Source: an uncultured Gemmatimonadaceae bacterium (GTDB lineage: Bacteria; Gemmatimonadota; Gemmatimonadetes; Gemmatimonadales; Gemmatimonadaceae). From it: 64,000 bases of DNA. How positions within the stretch are numbered: the stretch's first letter is position 1; the number at the start of each line of letters is the position of its first letter. Where the stretch lies: contig CAWBOC010000005.1 of NCBI GenBank assembly GCA_963790305.1, positions 416,001 through 480,000 on the forward strand. The letters are read 5' to 3'. The notes under the pieces are model-generated. The model had not been told where the DNA came from, made no database searches, and saw only the letters and a list, made by a program, of their open reading frames with translations. Below, in pieces: positions 30,396 through 39,444 of this stretch. Both the position numbers and the translations under genes were made by a program.

Positions 30396-31631
30396 TTGCC
30401 CGTCCACGGCTACGGACACTCTTCGAGGCGAACCTTGCGCGCGACGCTGCCGCTCGGGCTGGTTTGGCTGATCGCGGGGCTCACGGCGTGTACCGAAGCC
30501 CCAACAGGCGTCTCGGCTCCGGCGACTCCTATGGGGCCCGCGCCGACGGGCGTCGTCATGCTGCAGGGCACGGTCGATCTGGACCGCGGCACGCTCGAGT
30601 TCGCGCCGATCGCGCCAAGTGCGCTCTCTGGATTCGCGCCAGCGATCTACGGCGATCAGAACGTCAACATCCGTCTCTACAACTCTCCCGTGGTGCTCGA
30701 CAGCAGCACGAGCACGTGGCGCTGGACGGCGAATGTCGGCGCTCGGAACCTGCGACCGCATCCCATCGGCGATGAGGAGATCTCGGCAGCACCGCTCGAT
30801 ACGATCGGACTGTACGTCTTCTTCGTGCAGGAGCCGGTCGCTGGCCAACCATGCAGTGGCTGCTTCGCTCGCATCGCGAATTTCCAGGGCACGATGAGCT
30901 TCGACGCTCCCCAACGAAAATATTTCCATTGGCCGGAGCGACTCGGCGAAATGGGCTCGCCGCTCGGGGACACCACTCGCGCCCGGCGCACGTGGACGTT
31001 CGAGACGAGTGCTGGTGTGCGCTCGTTCTCGTTCACGGTGCTGGTCTCCGCCGCGTGGCCGGCGCCTTACGAGACCCGGTGGCGGGTCGAATACACCGCC
31101 GACGCGTTGCCCGCGAACTCGGCGCCGGGGTGGAAGTTCGCGGGAAGCGGCGGAAATGCGAGCGTGAGCGGCGGAAGTCTGCTGCTTCGCGGACGGTTTT
31201 CCGGCCTCTTTTACCGGCGAGACCCCATCGCACCCACGCAGAACGCCTACGTCCATAGCGTCGTGCGTTTCAGCGGAGGGGGCTCCCGACCCGAGATAGG
31301 GCTCCTGCTCAGCGACCGCGTAAAGCTCATTGGCCTTGGCGTCGCGAACGGACTCGTCGGACTCATCTCGAGCGCAGGGACCTTCCTGCCCGGCACGACC
31401 TCCTCGCTGGGAAACGGAGCGCATGAGCTGCAGCTGCGAAAGTATGCAGCGGACAGCGCCGTCTACTTCGTGGACGGCACACGGCGTGGGGCGATGTCGT
31501 ATTCGAATCTCTCGGACGACACGTTCACGCCGGCATCGTCGTCGGTTTCGTTTGGCGGACTTCCCACGACCGACGGCAGCAACTCGACGTGGGAAACCCT
31601 CATCTACGAGATTGGCGTGGCGTCTCCGTAG
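30396..31631 (+). CDS. Beta-rich lipoprotein, unknown function
   Basis: Signal peptide ending LTAC; beta-strand-rich, Trp/Tyr-rich; one CSGC pair. Confidence 0.75.
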   Translation: MPVHGYGHSSRRTLRATLPLGLVWLIAGLTACTEAPTGVSAPATPMGPAPTGVVMLQGTVDLDRGTLEFAPIAPSALSGFAPAIYGDQNVNIRLYNSPVVLDSSTSTWRWTANVGARNLRPHPIGDEEISAAPLDTIGLYVFFVQEPVAGQPCSGCFARIANFQGTMSFDAPQRKYFHWPERLGEMGSPLGDTTRARRTWTFETSAGVRSFSFTVLVSAAWPAPYETRWRVEYTADALPANSAPGWKFAGSGGNASVSGGSLLLRGRFSGLFYRRDPIAPTQNAYVHSVVRFSGGGSRPEIGLLLSDRVKLIGLGVANGLVGLISSAGTFLPGTTSSLGNGAHELQLRKYAADSAVYFVDGTRRGAMSYSNLSDDTFTPASSSVSFGGLPTTDGSNSTWETLIYEIGVASP

Positions 31632-31738
31632 CGGTCGTCACTTACTTCGCGCGACTTTCGTCGTCCTTCCTGCGCTGCGCTCCTGTCCTCCGGGGCCGTT
31701 CCACCCGCACCTTCGTCAGGTTCTCCCCCATCGGCTTC

Positions 31739-32008
31739 ATGCGCTACAGCATCTCTCCCGACGCGGCATTTGCCGCAGTCGAAGATGGCGCCGTCGTGCT
31801 TCACATGGGCACGAAACGCTACTATTCGCTCAACGAGACGGGCACCTTCGTGTGGCACCGGCTCGAGGACGGAATCGCGCGCGCCGAGATCGTGGCGCAA
31901 GTCGTCGATGCGTACGACGTGGGGATCGCGGAAGCGGAAATGGCTGTCGCGCGGCTACTGGATGAGCTCGTGCAGGAGAGCCTGATTCGCATCACGGCGC
32001 CGGCGTGA
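31739..32008 (+). CDS. PqqD-family RiPP recognition element (lasso B1-like)
   Basis: DGAVVLHMGTKRYYSLNETGTFVWHRL...YDV...LLDELVQESLI. Confidence 0.92.
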   Translation: MRYSISPDAAFAAVEDGAVVLHMGTKRYYSLNETGTFVWHRLEDGIARAEIVAQVVDAYDVGIAEAEMAVARLLDELVQESLIRITAPA

Positions 32009-32388
32009 TCGAGCGCGCGATGGCGGCGGCAGCCACGATCGTGGTGCCGGTGGCACTCCGCACGCTGCCCTTCCGAACGACGCTGGCGATCTGCGACGCA
32101 TGGCCGAGGACGCCGGGTGCGCGCGCCAGCGCCCCGGCACTCGCCCGCCGAGTGGATCGGTGGCTGGCGCGCGGCCCTTTTCTGTGGCGCTCCACGTGCC
32201 TTACGAGGACCATGGTGCTCTACACCATGCTCCGGCAACATGGCTACCGGCCTCGCGTGCACATCGGGGCGGCCGGCACGGCAGGCCATTTCCGCGCCCA
32301 CGCCTGGATATCGTTAGGTGGGGTGCCACTGGCCGAGTTCGAGAGGTCTCCCGACGTGTACGGCGAACTACTCGTGCACGATGCGTAG
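32005..32388 (+). CDS. Lasso peptide B2-like transglutaminase-fold peptidase
   Basis: STCLTRTMVL...VHIG...AHAWI Cys/His motifs; GTGA coupling to the RRE gene. Confidence 0.88.
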   Translation: MIERAMAAAATIVVPVALRTLPFRTTLAICDAWPRTPGARASAPALARRVDRWLARGPFLWRSTCLTRTMVLYTMLRQHGYRPRVHIGAAGTAGHFRAHAWISLGGVPLAEFERSPDVYGELLVHDA

Positions 32389-33403
32389 CGGCGCTCCGTA
32401 TGACCTCATGGTGGCCGTGCTTGCCGGCGAGACGCCGGCAGCCTGCGTGGTCGACCGCGCGTTCGCCGCGTCGCCCGGCTTCTGGAAGCGCGCCCTGGCG
32501 CTCGAGGCGTGTGCCGTTCAGTTCGATCGCGCGCTTCGCGCGTCCGGCCTGGCGGACATGGCACCTGCACCGTTGCGTCAGCTACTGCGCGACGCCACCG
32601 CACGAGCCGTGAGACACACTTTCCCGCTGCCCGGCCAAATGGCTGAGCTGGCGGACGCGGCGCGCGAGTTAGGCATCCGGATCATGATACTCAAGGGCGC
32701 GGCGCGACTTCTGGATGCAGGGGTGTCGGGAGCGCGCTCCATGTCGGACATCGACGTGCTCGCAGCTCCGGCTGACGCCGCGCGTTTGCACCATGTCCTG
32801 CGACACCGTTGGGGCTACGAGCCCATGTCGGCTTCCCCGGAGCACCACCTGCCGACACTGATGCGCGCCGGTGCGCTCCCGATTGAGGTTCACATCCAGT
32901 TGGGGCCTCGTCGCACCAGGCTCGACGCGAGAATCTGGCGCGACGCGCGTACTGTGATGGGAACCGATTTCATGGTGCCCTCGGCGACGGCCGCCTTGTT
33001 GCACGCGGTGGAGCATGGGGCACTCGTTCACTGGGCGGTGCGCTATCGGCTGCGTGATCTCCTCGATGTCGCGGAGGCGTGGAGTGGGGACGTCGATCGC
33101 GAGGAGGTCGCCCGCTACCTCGACCGCCACCCGCAGCGCGTTGCGCTTTCGACAATGCTCGGGGGAGCGCGCCGGTTCGCGGCAGGCATTCCCATTGGCC
33201 GCCACTTGGCGTGGCGTACCGTGCGCCGGGTGGCGCGCGCTCGGCACCTGGTCGCGGCCTACGTCACGGATGGGGCGTACGCAACGTCGTTATGCATCGC
33301 GGGCGGCGTGCTGGCCGAGGCATCGCCCCGGGCGCTGCTTCGCCCGGCCCAGCTCGCGATCTTTGGCGTCAAGCAGGCACGCGTTGCCCCGGCGCCGTCA
33401 TGA
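32381..33403 (+). CDS. Nucleotidyltransferase family protein (NTP_transf_5-like)
   Basis: MILKGAA, RSMSDIDVL, IEVHIQL, LRDLLDV. Confidence 0.85.
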   Translation: MRSGAPYDLMVAVLAGETPAACVVDRAFAASPGFWKRALALEACAVQFDRALRASGLADMAPAPLRQLLRDATARAVRHTFPLPGQMAELADAARELGIRIMILKGAARLLDAGVSGARSMSDIDVLAAPADAARLHHVLRHRWGYEPMSASPEHHLPTLMRAGALPIEVHIQLGPRRTRLDARIWRDARTVMGTDFMVPSATAALLHAVEHGALVHWAVRYRLRDLLDVAEAWSGDVDREEVARYLDRHPQRVALSTMLGGARRFAAGIPIGRHLAWRTVRRVARARHLVAAYVTDGAYATSLCIAGGVLAEASPRALLRPAQLAIFGVKQARVAPAPS

Positions 33404-33499
33404 GAAGGACATCCTGCGCCGCGTAACGGTTGGCTGCTGCGAAAGTGCGCGAAAATCAGTATCGTTAAGCGCACCGCCACGCCTCCTCGAGACCAGCGC

Positions 33500-34135
33500 A
33501 TGACCATCGGCTACTCCGATCGCATCAATCACGCACTCGCGTACGCCACGAAGCATCACGACCAGCAGGTCCGGCGAGGCACACGGTCTCCCTACCTGAC
33601 CCGTCACGCGAACGTCGCGGTCATCCTCGCACGCTACGGTGGGGACGAGGATACGGTGGTCGCCGGCATCCTGCATGACGTCGTCGGCAATGGCGCGCGG
33701 GCGGGAGTGACGCGCGAGTCACTGATCGGCCGCGTGGGCGAAAAATTCGGCGGGGATGCGCTCGATCTGGCGCTCGCCGTGTCGGAACGGCGGGTTGATG
33801 AGGACGGAGTCGAGCTGTCCGCGGACGAGCGTCGCGAGGACCTGCTCGAACGTCTCGCCAACGCACCGGAGCGTGCACGCTGGGTGGTGGCGGCCGATAC
33901 ACTCCACGAAGCAGGAACGCTCCTCGCCGAGCTGCGACGCACCGAGTTTCCCGAGTCTGTGTGGGGTCGCGGACCCCGCGATCAGGGGCTGGAATGGCTC
34001 CGGAGGGTCTACGACCGGCTTACCGAAGTCGGCTTTTCGGCGCCGATCATGACTGAGCTGCGGGCCCTGGTCGAAGAGCTCGACCGCCACTGGCGCGCGG
34101 TGGCGCAGGCGCCAGCCGGGGGGAAACAGGGCTAG
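33500..34135 (+). CDS. HD-domain protein, RelA/SpoT hydrolase (Mesh1/SAH)-like, degenerate
   Basis: [44 protein letters not shown]. Confidence 0.8.
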   Translation: MTIGYSDRINHALAYATKHHDQQVRRGTRSPYLTRHANVAVILARYGGDEDTVVAGILHDVVGNGARAGVTRESLIGRVGEKFGGDALDLALAVSERRVDEDGVELSADERREDLLERLANAPERARWVVAADTLHEAGTLLAELRRTEFPESVWGRGPRDQGLEWLRRVYDRLTEVGFSAPIMTELRALVEELDRHWRAVAQAPAGGKQG

Positions 34136-35379
34136 GCTGGGGTCCCCGCGCGGTCGGTGGCGTTCGGCGCCGGGTATCGTGTCGCGACGTAGCTCTCCAG
34201 AATCACCAGGAACTCTTCGACGATCCGGTCCCCGCGCAACGTCGTGACCAGCTTGCCGTCGACGTAGACCGGCGCCTTCGGTTCCTCGAACGTGCCAGGG
34301 AGCGAGATGCCAATGTTGGCGTGCTTGCTTTCCCCGGGCCCATTCACGACGCATCCCATCACGGCGACCTTCATCTCCTCGACCCCCGGGCGAACCTGTC
34401 GCCACTGGGGCATCCGCTCCCGCAAATAGACCTGAATGTCTTCGGCCATCTGCTGAAAGAAGGTGGACGTCGTTCGTCCGCATCCGGGGCACGCGGTCAC
34501 CTGAGGCGTGAAGTGCTGCAACTGCAACGACTGGAGGATCTGCTGGGCGACGAGAACCTCCTCAGTGCGATCTCCGTTTGGCCGCGGAGTCAGCGAGACA
34601 CGAATGGTGTCGCCAATCCCTTCGGCGAGAAGCATTGAAAGGCCGGCCGTGGTGGCGACGATGCCTTTCACGCCGAGCCCGGCCTCGGTGAGACCCAGGT
34701 GGAGCGGGTAGTCACAGCGGAGCGCGAGACGACGGTAGACGGCAACGAGGTCAGGGACGCCGGACACCTTCGCCGACAGGATGATACGGTCATGTCCCAG
34801 CCCGGTTTGCTCGGCGAGCTCGGCCGAGCGCAGCGCGCTCTCGAGCATCGCCTCGATGTAGACGTCCTTGGCGTCCAGCGGCTCGGCTCGCAAGGCGTTG
34901 GCGTCCATCAGCTGGGTCAGGAGATCCTGGTCCAGGGACCCCCAGTTCACACCGATGCGGACCGGCTTTCCGTGATCGATGGCCACCTGCACGATCGTTC
35001 GGAAGTGCTCGTCCCGGCGCTTGCCCCCGACGTTACCGGGGTTTATCCGGTACTTGTCGAGGGCCCGGGCACACGCCGGAAAGCGGGTGAGCAGAAGGTG
35101 ACCGTTGTAATGAAAATCCCCAATGACGGGCGCGTCGGATCCCTCCCCCCGGATGCGGTCGACAATCTCTGGGACGGCGGCGGCGGCCTCGTCGTTATTG
35201 ACCGTAATCCTGACGAGCCGGGAGCCCGCTCGGGCCAGCTCGAGGATCTGCCCCGCGGTGGAGGCCGCGTCCGCCGTGTCGGTGTTCGTCATCGACTGCA
35301 CGACCACGGGGTGTGAAGACCCGATGGCCACGTTGCCGACGTGGGTGGTGACGGTCTGTCTGCGAGGGGCGAAAGACAC
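34132..35379 (-). CDS. ispG: HMBPP synthase IspG
   Basis: [49 protein letters not shown]. Confidence 0.97.
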   Translation of the reverse strand: MSFAPRRQTVTTHVGNVAIGSSHPVVVQSMTNTDTADAASTAGQILELARAGSRLVRITVNNDEAAAAVPEIVDRIRGEGSDAPVIGDFHYNGHLLLTRFPACARALDKYRINPGNVGGKRRDEHFRTIVQVAIDHGKPVRIGVNWGSLDQDLLTQLMDANALRAEPLDAKDVYIEAMLESALRSAELAEQTGLGHDRIILSAKVSGVPDLVAVYRRLALRCDYPLHLGLTEAGLGVKGIVATTAGLSMLLAEGIGDTIRVSLTPRPNGDRTEEVLVAQQILQSLQLQHFTPQVTACPGCGRTTSTFFQQMAEDIQVYLRERMPQWRQVRPGVEEMKVAVMGCVVNGPGESKHANIGISLPGTFEEPKAPVYVDGKLVTTLRGDRIVEEFLVILESYVATRYPAPNATDRAGTPA

Positions 35380-35456
35380 TAGTGTAGTGAGTCGAGATTC
35401 CGAGGCGCGGGGAGCGCGCGCTCGAGGAAAACTACTCTTCCCTCGTACCCCGAACC

Positions 35457-35912
35457 ATGGCCAATGACATCGAGCAGCCGCCGCGAGGCTACAACACGGA
35501 AGACGTGAAGGCGGTGGCGGAACCGGAGCCTCCCCCGCCCACGCGTCGTCGCTCCCGGTGGAAGCTGTTTGTGGTGGCGCTCGTTCTTGTCCCGCTCCTG
35601 GCTTTCGCACTGTGGACGTGGGTCGCGCTCACTTGGTCCTACTCTGACGGATACCGGCCGGGGTTTGTCCAAAAAATCTCGCGCAAGGGATGGCTGTGCA
35701 AAACGTGGGAGGGAGAGCTGGCGCAGTCCGCCGTGCCTGGGTCCATGCCCAGTGTGTTCCACTTCAGCGTTCGTGACGATTCCGTTGCCCGGCAGATCGA
35801 CGCCCTCTCCGGAAAGCGGGTGTCGCTGCACTACGAGGAGCACCGCGGCATCCCGACCTCCTGTTTTGGCGAGACCAACTACTTCGTAACGGGCGTTCGC
35901 GTGCTCGACTAG
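35457..35912 (+). CDS. Hypothetical single-TM protein
   Basis: TM helix then [40 protein letters not shown]. Confidence 0.8.
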   Translation: MANDIEQPPRGYNTEDVKAVAEPEPPPPTRRRSRWKLFVVALVLVPLLAFALWTWVALTWSYSDGYRPGFVQKISRKGWLCKTWEGELAQSAVPGSMPSVFHFSVRDDSVARQIDALSGKRVSLHYEEHRGIPTSCFGETNYFVTGVRVLD

Positions 35913-35965
35913 CTGGACAGCATGAAGCTTGCACTGCTGTCCGGTCCTAAACGGAGGTGGACGCA

Positions 35966-36487
35966 ATGGACAGAGGCATGGATTTCCTGCGCAGCCAGAT
36001 CAACAACGCGGTCATGCAGCATCAGACTTTCCTCGAGTCGCTCGTGGATCATGAGCGCGAGGCGAAGGATGCACGATTCCGCGACCTGTGCAGCCGACAT
36101 ATCCCAATGATGCGTGAGCATCAGCGGATGCTCGAGCAGTATCAGCAACAGCTCGGCGCCCAGTCCGGCGTCGGGAAGAAGATGCTCGGAAAGGCGCTCG
36201 GTATCGCCAAGGACCTGGCCGACGTCGCGCGCGAGAGCGACTTCCTGCGCCTCGTGCAGGACATCGTCATGGCGCGTCAGTCGGAGGACACGTTCAAGAC
36301 GTTCCGTGAGGCGGGCAGGGAGCTCGGCAACGAACAGCTCCGGCAGATTGGCGACACGGGCGAGCGTCACCACGACGAGTACGTGAAGGAAGCGAACCGT
36401 CTCTGCGCGCAGCTGTTCGTCGAGCACGTGCGCGGCGAGGGCGCGGTCGCGGCGACGGCGGAGACCCGAACGACTCCCGGCGTCTGA
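35966..36487 (+). CDS. Ferritin-like four-helix protein
   Basis: All-helical, Glu/His-rich (EHQRMLE, ERHHDEY); GGAGG SD before ATG 35966. Confidence 0.7.
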   Translation: MDRGMDFLRSQINNAVMQHQTFLESLVDHEREAKDARFRDLCSRHIPMMREHQRMLEQYQQQLGAQSGVGKKMLGKALGIAKDLADVARESDFLRLVQDIVMARQSEDTFKTFREAGRELGNEQLRQIGDTGERHHDEYVKEANRLCAQLFVEHVRGEGAVAATAETRTTPGV

Positions 36488-36512
36488 CCCCTTGTGCCTG
36501 GGTGGGCAGGTA

Positions 36513-36540
36513 TTGCCCAACGTGCGAAACTTGATATATT
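36513..36540 (+). promoter_or_regulatory. Putative sigma70 promoter upstream of csp
   Basis: TTGCCC-16 nt-TATATT with extended TG. Confidence 0.55.
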
Positions 36541-36565
36541 CGGGTCCGGCGACACCCGAATAGAC

Positions 36566-36598
36566 GACCCGGGCGACATTCGCCCGGGTCTTTTATTT
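36566..36598 (+). terminator. Terminator-like hairpin in the csp upstream region
   Basis: GACCCGGGCGA-CAT-TCGCCCGGGTC followed by TTTTATTT. Confidence 0.7.
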
Positions 36599-36694
36599 GG
36601 TTCGCTGCCTAACGCGGGGGGTCTTGGGGTCCCGCACGTCACACATTTGTCAGGGCGGCACAGTCCGTCCGACAAAACATCTCAGGAGCAGGGC

Positions 36695-36907
36695 ATGCGT
36701 ACGACCGGCAAGGTGAAGTGGTTCAACGACGCGAAGGGGTTCGGATTCATCACCCCGGACAACGGCCAGAAGGACTGTTTCGTGCACTTCAGCGCGATCG
36801 AGGGAAAGGGCTTCAAGTCGCTCGCTGAAGGCGACGCCGTTGAGTTCGACATCGTCGAGGGGCAGAAGGGGCCCGCGGCGGAGAAGGTGAGGAAGATTGG
36901 CGCCTGA
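36695..36907 (+). CDS. csp: Cold-shock protein (CspA family)
   Basis: [40 protein letters not shown]. Confidence 0.97.
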   Translation: MRTTGKVKWFNDAKGFGFITPDNGQKDCFVHFSAIEGKGFKSLAEGDAVEFDIVEGQKGPAAEKVRKIGA

Positions 36908-36930
36908 CGCGTCGCACCGCGCCGCCAGGG

Positions 36931-36957
36931 ACGGGGCACCCAGTGGGTGCCCCGTTT
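36931..36957 (+). terminator. Terminator after csp
   Basis: ACGGGGCACCC-AGT-GGGTGCCCCGT then TT. Confidence 0.7.
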
Positions 36958-37077
36958 GGCATCTGGAGGGCCTGACCTAACGGTGACTCTTCTGGGGATT
37001 GCGGTGGTCCTCGTCATGCCCAATACTAGGGCAACATCTCGAAGCGTTGCGGTTCGCAGTGGCAGCAGGAGGCCCCC

Positions 37078-37752
37078 ATGTATCGCTCGTCGCTCGTGCT
37101 CGTAGTCACCGTGGTCGCGCTCGCCGGATGCGCTACCATGGGACGGCAGGTCGAAACGGACTCCGGTGACCTGGCGACGGACCTCGAACAGGCGCGACAA
37201 GACACCGTTCGGGCGCGGGCGGCGTACGACACGGTGATCGGACAGCGCCGAGCGGTCAATGCGCGCACCGTCGCGTTCGAGGACAGCCTCAGGCGTGCGC
37301 GTGAGGCGGCACTGGCCGCCGCGGCAGCGGCACGTGATTCCGCGCAGCGAGTGGCCGCCGCCACCGTCACCACGCCCGAGCCCGGCGGTGGTGAGCGAGC
37401 GCTGTCGGACGCCGAGGTCCGCGTCATGTCACAGCAGCTCTACTTCTCGACGAACAGCGCGCACCTCACGAACGCGGCGCGCGCGCTGTTACGCGAGAAG
37501 GCGGCCATCCTGGCTCGCAACCCTGCCCTCACCCTTACCCTCACCGGCCACGCCGACGCTCGGGGCGCAGCCGACTACAACCAGCGACTGAGCGAGCGAC
37601 GAGCGGCGGCGGTGCAGCGCTTCCTCGTCGAGCTCGGGATCGAGGCCCAGCGTCTCACCAGCGAAGGTCGAGGCGAAGAGGCACCGGCGATCGAAGGATC
37701 TGGCGAGCGGGTATGGCAGCGTAATCGGCGGGTCGAGTTCATGATCTCCTGA
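37078..37752 (+). CDS. OmpA/Pal-family peptidoglycan-binding lipoprotein
   Basis: Lipobox LAGC; YFSTNSA, GHADARG..YNQRLSERRA, NRRVEF. Confidence 0.92.
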   Translation: MYRSSLVLVVTVVALAGCATMGRQVETDSGDLATDLEQARQDTVRARAAYDTVIGQRRAVNARTVAFEDSLRRAREAALAAAAAARDSAQRVAAATVTTPEPGGGERALSDAEVRVMSQQLYFSTNSAHLTNAARALLREKAAILARNPALTLTLTGHADARGAADYNQRLSERRAAAVQRFLVELGIEAQRLTSEGRGEEAPAIEGSGERVWQRNRRVEFMIS

Positions 37753-38046
37753 CCGACGTCACCCCTGTCATGACGGGCGTGGTCGCTTGCGACCGCGCCC
37801 GTTTTGCATCCGGGCATTGGAGATGATCCGGGCCGCACGCATCCGCTGACGTCTTTCTGACGGATTTCGACATCGTGCCGGGGTCGCGCACAGAGTCTCG
37901 TGGCGCAGCTGGCACGGGACTTCAAAGCGGTGACTGGACAGAACCGCACGAGGCGCGGCTCACGACGGTGGAGCGATGGAGCCGCCGCGTGACCCCAATG
38001 GCGCGCGTCGCCATCACACTCCATTGAACCATACATGGAGGTTCAC

Positions 38047-38238
38047 ATGCAACCGATCACATCGCTCGGCGTTGCCGAGCTGACGCAGGATGAGCTGGTG
38101 GCGGTCGCGGGCGGAAGTGACGCGTGTTGGTGCAGCGGCCTCGCGAGCAAGCTGGGCTACGCAATCGGCTACGCACTCGGCGAGCTGGTCGACGCGCTGG
38201 TGAGCCCAGAGGATAACAACTCCTTCCTGGGCAAGTAG
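38047..38238 (+). CDS. Double-glycine leader peptide precursor 1 (bacteriocin-like)
   Basis: Leader ...LGVAELTQDELVAVAGG then 40-aa core SDACWC...FLGK; GGAGG SD before ATG 38047 (alternative start 38035). Confidence 0.88.
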   Translation: MQPITSLGVAELTQDELVAVAGGSDACWCSGLASKLGYAIGYALGELVDALVSPEDNNSFLGK

Positions 38239-38289
38239 CCGGATCGAGGATGCACCATCACAAACTTCCCACCTGCGAGGAACACCACC

Positions 38290-38490
38290 ATGCTCGATAC
38301 CCACATGCTTGCCGTCGACGGCGAGCACATCACCCTGCTCGATGAGCAGACACTGGCCTCCATCGTTGGAGGCGATGGCATCAGGGATTGGCTGGCCAAG
38401 AAAGTCGGAGAGCTGCTCTTCGACTGCCTGGCCGGAAGTCTCGACACGATCATTTCCGCCGCTGAAGAAGGGTATGGCGACGCGCGCTGA
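38290..38490 (+). CDS. Double-glycine leader peptide precursor 2 (bacteriocin-like)
   Basis: Leader ...ITLLDEQTLASIVGG then 38-aa core DGIRDW...GYGDAR; GAGG SD. Confidence 0.85.
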   Translation: MLDTHMLAVDGEHITLLDEQTLASIVGGDGIRDWLAKKVGELLFDCLAGSLDTIISAAEEGYGDAR

Positions 38491-38498
38491 AGCCCGCG

Positions 38499-38541
38499 CG
38501 CACCGTGTCCGGCGCGCCAGGCGCGCGCCGGACCGGGTGCG
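38499..38541 (+). other. GC-rich stem-loop after the precursor genes
   Basis: CGCACC..TCCGGCGCGC pairs with GCGCGCCGGA..GGTGCG; no U-tract. Confidence 0.6.
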
Positions 38542-38571
38542 TACCCCCGTGGCGGCAGGCGAGCGCTCTGA

Positions 38572-39441
38572 ATGGCACGGCGGCTTCGGAGAGGAGGGCG
38601 AGTCCGGTCGCTCCTGAGTGCCGTGTTCTCCATTGCGTGGACCTATGCGTGGATGGTTCCTGTCGTCGCCGCGCTCAAGATGGATGCGGTTGAGGCGATC
38701 GCGGTCCTGGTGGGCACAGTCGCTCTCTTCGTTGGCCTCTGCGTCATTCGCCCACTGAGAGCAAACCCGCGGGCCGCGGCGCTTCTCCGCTTGCGCTCCT
38801 GTCGTGTCTACCTCCCGGCGTTGACGCTTGCGACCGCCATGAAGCTGCTTCTCATGCTTTCCACGCTTGCCCTACACGAGCAACTCGCCGCGCGTCGCCT
38901 GTTGCCGAAAATGCCGGATGACGGGGACGTCATTACGGCCGAGCTCCTGGCGCAGCCGTTAGGTCAGGTCGCGCTATTCCTCGGAATCGTGGTGATGGCT
39001 CCATTGATCGAGGAGTTTGGCTTCCGCGGTCGTGTGCAGCACACCCTCGAGCACGCATTCGGCGTGGTTCCGGCCATCGCGGCGAGCGCTGTGCTGTTCA
39101 GCGCGCTTCATGGAAGGATCAATGCGGCGCACCATCTTGCCTTCGGCGTCTTCGCTGGATGGGTGGTGTGGCGAACCGGGTCCATCTGGTCGGCCGTGTA
39201 CATGCACGCGCTCAACAACGCCGCCGCCCAGCTCCTGCTGCACCTCACGACCATCTCGGCTGCTGACTGGAGCGACAAAACCGCCGGGCTCGGGCCGTAC
39301 GCGATCGTCGCCGCGCTCGTCGGCCTCAGCGGGCTGGTCGCCGCGGGCGCCCGCATCCACCGCACAGCTCGAGCAGAAGGGCGCGGCGGCCACAACGGGA
39401 GAACCCGGTCGGCGCGAATGGCGGTTTCGCCGGTGGCGTGA
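38572..39441 (+). CDS. CPBP/Abi (type II CAAX) intramembrane metalloprotease, putative immunity protein
   Basis: EEFGFRG, FSALH, HALNN motifs in a polytopic membrane protein. Confidence 0.9.
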   Translation: MARRLRRGGRVRSLLSAVFSIAWTYAWMVPVVAALKMDAVEAIAVLVGTVALFVGLCVIRPLRANPRAAALLRLRSCRVYLPALTLATAMKLLLMLSTLALHEQLAARRLLPKMPDDGDVITAELLAQPLGQVALFLGIVVMAPLIEEFGFRGRVQHTLEHAFGVVPAIAASAVLFSALHGRINAAHHLAFGVFAGWVVWRTGSIWSAVYMHALNNAAAQLLLHLTTISAADWSDKTAGLGPYAIVAALVGLSGLVAAGARIHRTARAEGRGGHNGRTRSARMAVSPVA

Positions 39442-39444
39442 GCC

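Noticed and set aside
31632..31738. Lasso precursor in the gaps around the RRE/B2/NTase genes (also 33404-33499)
   Set aside because: No short ORF with a YxxPxL leader, penultimate Thr and Gly/Asp/Glu ring pattern could be read.
37910..37925. Sigma54-like TGGCACG upstream of the peptide precursors (also 26141-26155)
   Set aside because: The -24 element matches, but the -12 reads TTCA/TCGT rather than TTGC; too weak to call.
38047..38490. Precursors as lanthipeptide or other modified RiPP substrates
   Set aside because: No LanM/LanB/C, YcaO or radical SAM gene in the cluster; the RRE/B2 module 6 kb away recognises a different leader type.
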